Source: Eledone cirrhosa (taxonomy: Eukaryota). Taken from it: DNA of 64,000 nt. The DNA is taken from the NCBI GenBank assembly GCA_964016885.1, contig OZ024754.1:26536001-26600000 (forward strand), in the 5' to 3' direction. Within the stretch, counting starts at the first letter, position 1. Each line of letters starts with the position of its first letter. Shown piece by piece: positions 36,901-48,429 of the stretch. Under the pieces are notes generated by a model, which worked only from the letters and a program-made list of their open reading frames with translations, was not told the DNA's origin and did not search any database. Both the position numbers and the translations under genes were made by a program.

Positions 36901-39900
36901 TAGAGTATTTTGTAGGGAAATAGATAGGTCTAGCATAGGCTGTCCACAATTCAAGATAGTCAGCTACACGGACCACAAATTCGTGATCTGTGTGCTTGAC
37001 TTAGATAGGCTTCATAGACGAGGACCCGGCTACTGGAAGCTAAACGCGTCCTTACCAGCGCGCAAGGCCCACAGAGACCGGATTAGCGAACTAGTTAAGC
37101 GGGCGTTGACGGGGGCCATCGTCAACAACAAGTGGTGGTTTGCTCTTAAAAGAGCGATTAGAATAGAATCAATTAGGTTTAGTAAGGCTTTAGCAATAGA
37201 GAAAAATAGAGAAGAGGGAGAACTAGTTAGAAAATTAGACGAGGCGCTTAGCAAAGGCATCGCGACCGACGTACTTGCGGCGAAATTGGCCCTTGACCAA
37301 TTCTTCAATGCAAAGCACGAAGGCTGCGTTGTCAGAGCTAGGGTGCGTGCTCTCAGACACGAGGGGACGAAAGCCGTTCAATAGGCCCGAGTGGCGGAGG
37401 CGCGTCGTGGCAACAAAGCCACGATCCGGTCTTTGGTGGACCACGACGGGCGCATGCTACTCGATCCCGGGCAAATGTGTGAAACTTTTCAGCGACACTT
37501 CGCTCAGCTGTTCGGGGGCAGCGGTGGGCCGAGTCGAGGGATGGACTTTAGTGTTTACCTCGACACACTGCCGCGGCTCTCGGCCACTGAGGCGGAGTGT
37601 TGCGAAAAGCCGATAACAGCCGCTGAAGTACGGGAGGCAATGACTGGCTGCACAAGGGGTAAAGCGCCTGGTTTGGATGGTCTGCCCTATGAACTTTACG
37701 TACATATGCCAGACTTGTTCTGAGGCCTCTTGGCGGACGTCTACTGCAACTGGCAACAGAACGAGAGAATTCCCAGCTCTGTGAACCGAGGAACGGTGAA
37801 ACTGCTGAGAAAGGATCCGAACAAGGGGGATAACATAGATAATTTCAGGCCCATAACTCTGCTAAACACAGAGTTCAATATTTTAGCCAAGGTGCTAGCA
37901 AAGAGGTTGGCGCTTGTCGTTGGTGGTCTGGTGGAAGAAGCGCAGACATGCGCCATTCCCGACAGATCCATCCACGACAACCCCCACCTCATGCGATACA
38001 TCGTAGAGAGGGTAGCTAGGGAACCTGGCACGGGTGGGTCCTTGATCAATTTAGATCAGTCGAAAGCTTTCGATAGGGTCGACCATCGTTACCTAGCGGC
38101 AGTCCTGAGGGCGGCTGGCTTTGGGCCCGTCTTCAGAGGCTGGATCGCTGCCATGCACAGCGACATCTGCTCTGTGGTGAGAGTGAACGGTCACCTTTCG
38201 GAACCGTTCAACATCAAGCGCTCGGTCCGCCAAGGATGTCCCCTCTCGTCCCTCTTGTACGTATTGACTCTCAAGCCATTACTGCACAAACTGGAGACGT
38301 TGAAGGGGGTCCCGCGCGAACTAGGATGTGGAAGATCCGTGTCAGCATATGCGGACGATGTCATCGTAGTGGTGTCGAACGCCAAACACATCGAGGCGAT
38401 CGGCACTACACTAAGAGAATACAAAGCGGTGACAGGAGCAATGATCAACCAGGAAAAGTCAGTGGGCCTGCAGCTCGGCACCTGGAGGGGCAGGTCCATG
38501 CCGTCCAACAACGTCGTCGGGCGCTGGACGGACGGACCAGTTAAATTGCTTGGGGTCTGGTTCGGTCCGGACCTCCAGACTGACAGAAACTGGGACGAGG
38601 TGATGAGCAGGGGGGTTTCTCTCACCCAGAAATGGGCCGAGAGGAAGCTATCCCTGAAAGGTCGAGCGGAGGTGGCTAACGCGTACATCGCGTCCGTCAT
38701 CTACTACCGCCTGACCGTCGTACCTTGTCCTAAGCCCCGCCTGACTGCGCTGGAGCGTTTGCTCTTTCGCTTTGTTTGGAAGGGACGCGCTCCGATGGTC
38801 AGGCGGTCCATCTGCTGTCAACACCCGCTACGTGGAGGGATGGGCATGCCGTGGCTGATGATGCGCAGACACGCGCTCAGGCTACGACATCTCCACCTCT
38901 TCCTCGACGGTGATCAGGTGTGGTCGCCGTTTGCTAGACACGTCTTTTCCCAGCTCGTCTCCATGACGGAGCTGCAGTCCTGGGTCAAGCGAAGACCGAA
39001 AGGGAGCGCTTGGAGACTGGAATGTCTTCAGGCGCTCACAGCCCTCGACCAATCGGGCAATGTGATCGGTGGAAACTCCACCTTGGCGTTCTATAGAGGA
39101 TTAGTGGATGGGAAGAGCGACGACGTACTTGGAGAAACTCTAGAAGTCGACGAAAATCAACTAGCCAATCTCTTCGGAAGGACTTTCGGGCCGGGGCCTA
39201 TGGAAAACTTCCAGAAATCCCTGGCCTGGCAGTGCTACCGGGGAGCTATGCCAGTTCGGGATAAACTCTACAGGCATGGAGGTGCCGTCAGCCGGGCATG
39301 TCCGAGATGCGCGCAGGGCGACGAAACCGTCCTGCACGCACTCGTCCAGTGTCCGAAAATTGCTGACTTGTTGGTTTATGTCGAACACCTGCTGTCGCGT
39401 GTAGGACGGATCCGGCTATCATCTGAGTCCATCGTGAGGATTGCCCCGCCCTCTTCCTTTAGCCGGGAAGGGCAGGCAGTTTTTATCTGTCTGGTGGCCA
39501 TGGCGAAAGAGATAGTATGGTGGACACGTTTGAAAGGGCTGAATACGAGCACTTACCTCTTCGGTGATGCCCTGATTGACTTTTTCAAATTTCATTTGAA
39601 AAGGAAAGTCAGAGTAGAGAGGGAAGTGCTCTCTTCCTAGCATTTTGTTGAAAGATGGGTGAGAGAAGCAACTATGGCCCGAGTGAATGGGCCTACTCTG
39701 AGTATGTGTCTGTAAATTAAAGGTGGAAAACTGCGAGAGGGCACTTGCCCTGGTGGTCAGGGTCACTGTGATCTTTTAATGGGCTTTCTCCACAAATGTC
39801 CCTCGGAAGTCTCCCCCCTATTGGGGAATTTTTCGTTGTTATTTTATTACATCCTCTGTTTTTTTAAACGCAGAAATGCCCATTTGTACCGTCCTCTATT

Positions 39901-39958
39901 ATACTGTACTGTCCTTAATGTCTACTTTATGTAAACCCTTGTGGTTAATAAAGAAAAC
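33908..39958 (+). mobile_element. Tx1/L1-clade LINE copy 3, full length, disrupted, with a divergent 5'UTR/ORF1 (34121-36256) and ORF2 36292-~39714
   Basis: ORF2 nearly identical to copies 2 and 4; ORF1 only distantly similar; ATT arrays at both ends. Confidence 0.92.
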
Positions 39959-39985
39959 ATTATTATTATTATTATTATTATTATT

Positions 39986-42900
39986 GGTGACCTACGTAGT
40001 AAATCGCATCATCGTGAGATCCACAAATGTTTGTTGTTTTCAGTTGTTTAACATTGCCATTTATGGAAATTTTTTTATTGTTAACTGTATATAAGTGCAC
40101 ATACATTGATTTCTGAAAAGGACACTCAAAAATATTGGGGCCTTGACCCCAAAATTTAAACTTTTTATAATTATCAAACAAACATTTTTCTTTGAAAAAT
40201 CATGGATGTCTCAGAGTCACTCCTTCCTCACAATCTAACACCTCACACCGACACCACCATTGTAAATATTGCTACGTTTGCCAACACTGGAAATGTAAGC
40301 AGTAGCAATATTTTAAATTTGTCTCAGGCAGACGTTCATTTCCCGCCATTACCAATGACTGCAGGTGTTAAAGCCGCCACCACCCCCACCAGCGCAACAA
40401 CCGCCCCCCCCCCCAACCACCACCACAGCGACAACAGAAACAAAAGAAAAAAATAAATTAACACATGATATCGAAATGAATTCAACCAAAATGAACTCTT
40501 CCACACCGAACACCACTGACGCCACCACCACCACAACTGAAACTAAAATTAACAATAGCAAAAATAACGATAACAACAACAGCAACAATGAAATTAAGAA
40601 AACTACCCTGAGTTTTGCCAGAGTAGCAAAAACGTGCGAAGCGATCCAGGTAACTCAGGAGGAATTAGAAGAAGCCAAAGGAATGGTAAAGAAAGATGGG
40701 TACAGGGTCAGCCTCACCCCCTCAGCTAATAAAATGGAGCAACGTCGCCTATGCACCGTGTTTTATCGGACAATTAACATAAAATCGCGCCGAGTGGAAC
40801 GGGCATCGAAATAGCGAAATAGCGAAAGAAAAGCAGGAGTACTGGTCCGGATCTGGGATGGAGCTCCTGATCCAAGCGGACCAAAAAAGCATTGAGGAGA
40901 TCCCAGAGGTAATATACCTCACTGACGGCAGCCACCTCACCGTAATCGTCGAGGGCAGAAGATCTAGGTGTGTCGTTTGTGGTGAAGGAACCCACCTAAG
41001 GGCTTTCTGCCCTCAGGCTAAAAGGTTAAGGCCACCTCTCCTACTCACCCCAGTGACTCAACCATCAACACCACCAGCAGCAGTAGCAAAACCAACACCA
41101 CCACCACCCAACGCGCCAGAACTAGCACCAGCGCCTACACCATCCACCACGCCACAACCAAAACTAACGCCTGTGGAGGATTTTCCACTCCCCGGCCTAT
41201 CACAACTGGAGACAGATTGTGACGACGAGGAGTGGAAAACGGTATCAGGAAAAAAGAAAAAAATTCTCTTCCTTCCCCCTCCAAAAACAAAATACAGAGG
41301 GAAACAAATAAACTATCAAACAAAAAAGTTAGGACAGATATGCCACCATCCACACCAGCATCACCAACCCCATCACCCCAAACACCAACACCATCACCCT
41401 CATTAACCCCAACACCACCATCACCTACACCACAAAAGTCACCGCAGAGGGAAACAGAAACAAACCCACAACAAACGCAAACAAAACAAAACAACCAAAA
41501 CGATACACACTACACAGCATTACATTTGAACAACAACCAATTATTACACTACATCCAACACAACACCAGCATCACAGAAAAAGACTACACAACAACCTAA
41601 AAGTTCACACCACCTCCACACATAAATCACTCGCATCACACAGAAAACGTACATGACACTAAAACAAAAATTCCCCAAAGACATCGGAGACTTCCGACAA
41701 GCACTCTCCAAGAGGATTTATATTATAAGGACATCCTTCCTGAGGAGGCCAAAAGCAGTGAAAAGGATGGAGAAACCGTCCTTCCTCTACGAGAAGTAAG
41801 GTAAGTGGTCTTTCCCATCTTTTCCACTCCATTTCAACATGACCTCACTCAGAATAGGCAGCATAAATGCGCGTGGGTTGGGGTCGTCATGGAAGCAGGG
41901 CCACCTGCTCAACGACCTCAGGTCACTAAATATAGATGTAGTGGCCATCAGCGAGACCAGAATCTCCGAAGCACGGGCCTTCGCACCGATCTTCGGCGGC
42001 TACGATGCGTACGCATCTCCCAGCCGTCCGGGATCGGGGGGAGGAGTTGCTGTGCTTTTTCGGAGAGGTTTGGATCTCGCCATACGGGCCATCTTCCTGG
42101 ACCCAGAAGGTAAGTTGGTGGTGCTAGACGTGACCAGCGGAGACGGGCAGGCTTTCAGGCTAGTGGCCGTCTATGCCCCGACAGGAGCAGGGCGGCCTGA
42201 TTTCTTCCGGCGTCTGGAGACCTTTCTTGGAACGTCCCGCTATTTAGTGTTAGTGGGCGGCTGGAACGGGATCTTAGATGCACGCTGGGACTGTGTGGGA
42301 TTAGCGGATAGGGGAGGAGGGTGCAAGAGGCTCACCAACCTGTTCAGGCGTTTTGAACTGTCTGACAGGTACGGATTGGATTTCCCGAATGTGCCAATAT
42401 GGACTTGGACAATTCGCATAGGGTCATCCAGATCATATCTAGATAGAGTATTTTGTAGGGAAATAGATAGGTCTAGCATAGGCTGTCCACAATTCAAGAT
42501 AGTCAGCTACACGGACCACAAATTCGTGATCTGTGTGCTTGACTTAGATAGGCTTCATAGACGAGGACCCGGCTACTGGAAGCTAAATGCTTCCTTACCA
42601 GCGCGCAAGGCCTACAGAGACCGGATTAGCGAATTAGTTAAGCGAGCGTTGACGGGGGCCATCGTCAACAACAAGTGGTGGTTTGCTCTGAAAAGAGCAA
42701 TTAGAATAGAGTTCATTAGGTTTAGTAAGGCTTTAGCAATAGAGAAAAATAGAGCAGAGGGAGAATTAGTTAGAAAATTAGACGAGGCGCTTAGCAAAGA
42801 CATCGCGACCGACGTACTTGCGGCGAAATTGGCCCTTGACCAATTCTTCAATGCAAAGCACGAAGGCTGCGTTGTCAGAGCTAGGGTGCGTGCTCTCAGA

Positions 42901-45473
42901 CACGAGGGGACGAAAGCCGTTCAATGGGCCCGAGTGGCGGAGGCGTGTCGTGGCAACAAAGCCACGATCCGGTCTTTGGTGGACCACAACGGGCGCATGC
43001 TACTCGATCCCGGGCAAATGTGTGAAGCTTTCCAGCGACACTTCGCCCAGCTGTTCGGGGGTAGCGGCGGGCCGAATCGAGGGATGGACTTTAGTGTCTA
43101 CCTCGACGGACTGCCGCGGCTCTTGGCCACTGAGGCGGAGTGGTGCGAAAAGCCGATAACAGCCGCTGAAGTACGGGAGGCAATGACTGGCTGCACAAGG
43201 GGTAAATCGCCTGGTTTGGATGGTCTGCCCTATGAACTTTACGTACAGATGCCAGACTTGTTCGGAGGCCTCTTGGCGGACGTCTACTGCAACTGGCAAC
43301 AGAACGGGAGAATTCCCAGCTCTGTGAGCCGAGGAACAGTGGCGCTGCTGAGGATGGATCCGAACAAGTGGGATAACATAGATAATTTTAGGCCCATAAC
43401 TCTGCTAAACACAGAGTTCAAGATTTTGGTCACGATGCTAGCAAAGAGGTTGGCGCCTGTCGTTGGTGGTCTGGTGGGACAGGCGCAGACAGCGCCATTC
43501 CCGACAGATCCATCCACGACAACCTCAATTTAGATCAGTCGAAAGCTTTCGATAGGGTCGACCATCGTTACCTAGCGGCAGTCCTGAGGGCGGCTGGCTT
43601 TGGGCCCGTCTTCAGAGGCTGGATCGCTGCCATGCACAGCGACATCTGCTCTGTGGTGAGAGTGAACGGTCACCTTTCGGAACCGTTCAACATCATGCGC
43701 TCGGTCCGCCAAGGATGTCCCCTCTCGTCTCTCTTGTACGTATTGACTCTCGAGCCATTACTGCACAAACTGGAGACGTTGAGGGGGCCCGCGCGAACTA
43801 GGATGCGGAAGATCCGTGTCAGCATATGCGGACGATGTCAGCATATGCGGACGATGTCACCGTAGTGGTGTCGAACGCCAAACACATCGAGGCTATCGGC
43901 ACTACACGAAGAATACGAAGAGAGAATACGAAGCGGTGACAGGAGCAATGATCAACCAGGAAAAGTCAGTGGGCCTGCAGCTCGGCACCTGGAGAGGAAG
44001 GTCCATGCCGTCCAACAGTGTCGTCGGGCGCTGGACGGACGGACCAGTTAAATTGCTCGGGATCTGGTTCGGTCCGGATCTCCAGTCGGACAAAAACTGG
44101 GACGAGGTGACGAGCAGGGTGGCTTCTCTCACCCAGAAATGGGCCGAGAGGAAGCTATCCCTGAAAGGTCGAGCGGAGGTGGCTAACGCGTATATCGCGT
44201 CCGTCATCTACTACTGCCTGACCGTCGTACCTTGTCCTAAGCCCCGCCTGACTGCGCTGGAGCGTTTGCTCTTTCGCTTTTTGTGGATGGGACGCCCTCC
44301 GATGGTCAGGCGGTCCATCTGCTGTCAACACCCGCTACGTGGAGGGCTGGGAATGCCGTGGCTGATGATGCGCAGGCATGCGTTCAGGCTACGACATCTC
44401 CACCTCTTCCTCGACGGTTATCAGGTGTGATCTCCGTTTGCTAGACGCGTCTTTCCCCAGCTCGTCTCCTTGAGGGAGCTGCAGTCCTGGGTCAAGCGAA
44501 GACCGAGAGGGAGCGCTTGGAGACTGGAATGTCTTCAGGCGCTCACAGCCCTCGACCAATGGGGCAATGTGATCGGTGGAAACTCCACCTTGGCGTTCTA
44601 TAGAGGATTAGTGGAGGGGAAGAGCGACGACGTACTTGGGGAAATTCTAGGCGTCGACGAAAATCAACTAGCCAATCTCTTCGGAAGAACTTTCGGGCCG
44701 GGGTCTATGGACAACTTCCAGAAATCCCTGGCCTGGCAGTGCTACTGAGGAGCTTTGCCAGTTCGGGATAAACTCTACAGGCATGGAGGTGCCGTCAGCC
44801 GGGCATGTCCGAGATGCGCACAGGGCGACGAAACCGTCCTGCACGCACTCGTCCAGTGTCCGAGCATTGCTGACTTGTGGGTTTATGTCGAACACCTGCT
44901 GTCGCGTGTAGGACGGATCCAGCTATCAGCTGAGTCCATCGTGAGGATTTCCCCGCCCTCTTTCTTTAGCCGGGAAGGGCAGGCAGTTTTTATCTGTCTG
45001 GTGGCCATGGCGAAAGAGATAGTATGGTGGACACGTTTGAAAGGGCTGAATACGAGCACTTACCTCTTCGGTGATACCCTGATTAACTTTTTCAAATTTC
45101 ATTTAAAAAGAAAAATCAGGGTAGAAAGGGAAGTGCTCTCTTCCCAGCATTTTGTTGAAAGATGGGTGAGAGAGGCAAGAATGGCCCGAGTGAATGGGCC
45201 TACTCTGAGTATGTGTCTGTAAATTAGAGGTGGAAAACTGGGAGAGGGCACTTGCCCTGGTGGTCAGGGACACTGTGGCTTTTTAATGGGCTTTCTCCAC
45301 AAATGTCCCTCGGAAGTCTCCCCCCTATTGGGGAATTTCTTTTCATTGTTCTATTATTACATCCTCTGTTTCTTTTTTTTTACACGCAGAAATGCCCATT
45401 TGTACTGCCCTGTATTGTCCTGTACTGTCCTTAATGTCTACTTTATGTAAACCCTTGAGTTAATAAAGAAAGG
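39986..45473 (+). mobile_element. Tx1/L1-clade LINE copy 4 (same 5' type as copy 2), disrupted; ORF2 41839-45222
   Basis: 5' end ggtgacctacgtagtaaatcg matches 19479; ORF1 deletion at ~40810; ATT arrays at both ends. Confidence 0.92.
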
Positions 45474-45527
<54 letters not shown>

Positions 45528-45689
45528 CGTTTTGTTTTTTGGTTGTAATTAATGAAATGCTTCGGTGTCAGTTGAATTCACTTCCATATTTCATGTTTCG
45601 TGCCAGCTTCATTCCAAATAAACTTTACTTTATTTCGATTTTTTTAGTCAGTGGTAAAATTAAAATATCTGGACATTAACAGATATTAA

Positions 45690-46010
45690 AACAGACCTTT
45701 TGTACAGTAGAGACGTCTGGACAGTGACAGATATGAAACAGATCTGTTGCATAGTAGTGTGACATGGACTGTAACAGATATTGAAACAGATCTGTTGTTT
45801 GCATAGTAGTGTGATATGGACTGTATCAGATACTGAAACAGATCTGTTGTGTAGTAGTGTGGACTGTAACAGATATTGAAACAGATCTGTTGTGTAGTAG
45901 AGAGATGTGGAGTGTAACATATATGAAACAGATCTGTTGTGTAGTAGAGAGATGTGGAGTGTAACAGATATGAAACAGATCTATTGTGTAGTAGAAAGAT
46001 GTGGACAATA
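45690..46010. repeat. Minisatellite, ~45-53-bp unit, about 6 copies
   Basis: Repeating core gtaacagata(t)tgaaacagatctgttg..tagtag..tgtgga. Confidence 0.85.
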
Positions 46011-46718
46011 AGAGAAAACACTGACAGAAAAAATAATATTTAGACATGCGATTTGCATTTGGTGCTCATCTGGCAGAGAAGAAAACAACAAGAATCAAGA
46101 CTTCCTCAGCTGATACCATTTAATATTCTGAAAAGATACAGTCCCTCAGTTTACGAGGCATTAATCAGATACATTGTCAACATTTGTAAATATGTTTAAT
46201 TTTCCAAGAATATGGAGCATTGGCGAAAGTTGTTTTGTGTGTACGGCATCCCATATGTTGTGGACCGCTTTTGGAAACGGAATAGGATGGGGGAAAAGAA
46301 ATAAAAGAAATTCGCTTACGTAAGTAATTATTAAAGTGAGAATTTCCGTTTCTTTGGGAACACTGAGAGTGTTAAGAGGAGCATGCAATGGAAGGCAAGA
46401 GTGGTTGAAAATTAATGAAGGGAGGAAGGGAAAACAATACAAATTTGTAGTTACATGTAAAACTGTCACCTTTAGTTATTCAATAAATGCTTACATAAAA
46501 ATGTATAAATATCAAAATTTAATTTTCAATGTTATTCAATTTATTTTATCAACTTTACAGTGGAGTGTGCAGAATATAATCTCTAAAAGTAGTCCGACAT
46601 AGTTTGGGAAACTCAAGCTTAGGTCATTTAAGAAATGCATATGCAATATTCTTAAGATGGGTATAAATGATTTAAAACTTAAAATGTTGTAGTTTGCTTG
46701 AAGCAGTGAATATAATAT

Positions 46719-46835
46719 CACCTTGATCACCTTGACCGACCAGGCTATCGGGCGTCCATTCGGCGCCGCTGGTCACAGCACGTCGTGCTGTTTTAGCCAT
46801 AAGATAACGCTATCCCACTGGCTGGGCGGGCAGGC
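46719..46835 (-). mobile_element. Short retroposed insertion with 12-bp target-site duplication
   Basis: TGAATATAATAT at 46707-46718 and 46836-46847; tandem caccttga(t) at the left end suggests a 3' tail on -. Confidence 0.7.
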
Positions 46836-47699
46836 TGAATATAATATAAAAGGTCGAAAGTGATATATGTAAGAAGGCTAAAACAATGCAAAATTGACGG
46901 TAAGATAAAGTCAACGATAAAGTTAGTTATCTGGTAATCTTTGTTTTCTGTTTTATTTTTCGTCCTAATATTTCGGGACTTAAAATTCCTCTCGTCAGAT
47001 TATAGGTAACCTTCAAAGTAAAACGTACCCGCCTATTCGCTTTGAAATTAGATTTAAAACTTGTTGAATAGAAAAATTATATTTACACCAAAGGTATATG
47101 TGAATACAAGGAAGACACGGAATTTTAATTTATTATCATAGGTCTATAGAATTCAGTGCCTGTGTATAGGGTTTTTAACAGCCACCAGGGAGAATGTTCT
47201 CGTCTCATCAAAGCGTTAAAAAAAATATTTTTAAATTCCTACATTCTGAACTGGTTGGTTCACCAAATAATTTAAACCGTAACTTAAGCGAAGTACAAGA
47301 AATATGGTTTCAAAACTTTAGTTAGAATCTTATAAATTGAAATTTCTACTAAATATCTTGAGGTAAAAAATTGAACAACAAACGTCATGTCTATAAAAAA
47401 AAAATAAAAGCCAAACGTCTGAGATATATTTACATTATTGATTTGGTTGTATATTCTTAAATTGCTGACTTAGTAGTGTAAACTTACAAAGTTGATATGG
47501 TGGTGAAAACAAAAACCATGTTTTTAATGAAAGGACATGTTTCTCTATACACTGACTTTGTTGGTCGATATTAATTTGATCCACAATCGAAATCCTACAG
47601 AATATTATTAAATAAGGTATCACAGAAAATTATTGCAAGAAAGGCAGCACAAAACTGAGCAGACATTTTAGTATACCTACATACACACAACCCGCCACC

Positions 47700-47764
<65 letters not shown>

Positions 47765-47879
47765 TGTTTAATATTGAGGACACTTATAGAACTTAATTTG
47801 ATAAACATTCTCGCTTAGTACGAACATACTTAAATTGAGTTGAAGTTGCACTACCAGTCTGAGGAAATAGCGCATAAAT

Positions 47880-48260
47880 CTTCTAATATAACTGCTCCTA
47901 ATACAAGCAGAAGCTCTAATGCCTACCCAGTTAATCAGTCATGCAATGCTAAAGCAATCATATATGAAGTTGAACTAACCCGTAACACCAAAATTTAAAA
48001 ACGATGCATAAACACTACATGGGTATGATGGACAGAAATTTTAAACAACGGCACTTTAATCATGCACCTTTAAGATATGGAGAAATGTGGAATGTAAAAA
48101 ATTGTGCAATTGCATCATGTATTTGAAGGAAGATGCTACGAATTTCAACAAATGGAAATTCTTAGAGAGATTTAGCTCGAACAAAAACATGAATAAATTA
48201 TGTGGTTTCTGCAAAGCTGAAAAAAGCCACTAGCGGATTAAACATATCTACATTTAACAC
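47880..48260 (+). pseudogene. Highly decayed Penelope GIY-YIG endonuclease remnant
   Basis: YPVNQSCNAKAIIYEVEL...KHYMGMMDRNFKQRHFNH resembles the CPL.G.C...IIY...YIG..F..R..NH pattern. Confidence 0.55.
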
Positions 48261-48372
48261 AGCAAATTTCTTCTTCAACGAACGAATGTTTTCTTTTTAT
48301 TTTCATTAATCCTATACACATTGGTTACATTAAAGAATTTACGTATATGTGACATGTGACAAAATATAAATA

Positions 48373-48407
<35 letters not shown>

Positions 48408-48429
48408 GTGTGTGTGTGTATATATATAT

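Noticed and set aside
45690-46010. Regularly spaced repeats that could be mistaken for a CRISPR array
   Set aside because: The intervening sequences are similar to one another, the context is eukaryotic and no cas genes are present; it is a minisatellite
46960-47005. Minus-strand CTGACGA...CCCGAAA hammerhead-like word
   Set aside because: No recognisable stem III/UH triplet or stem I pairing; at most a decayed remnant
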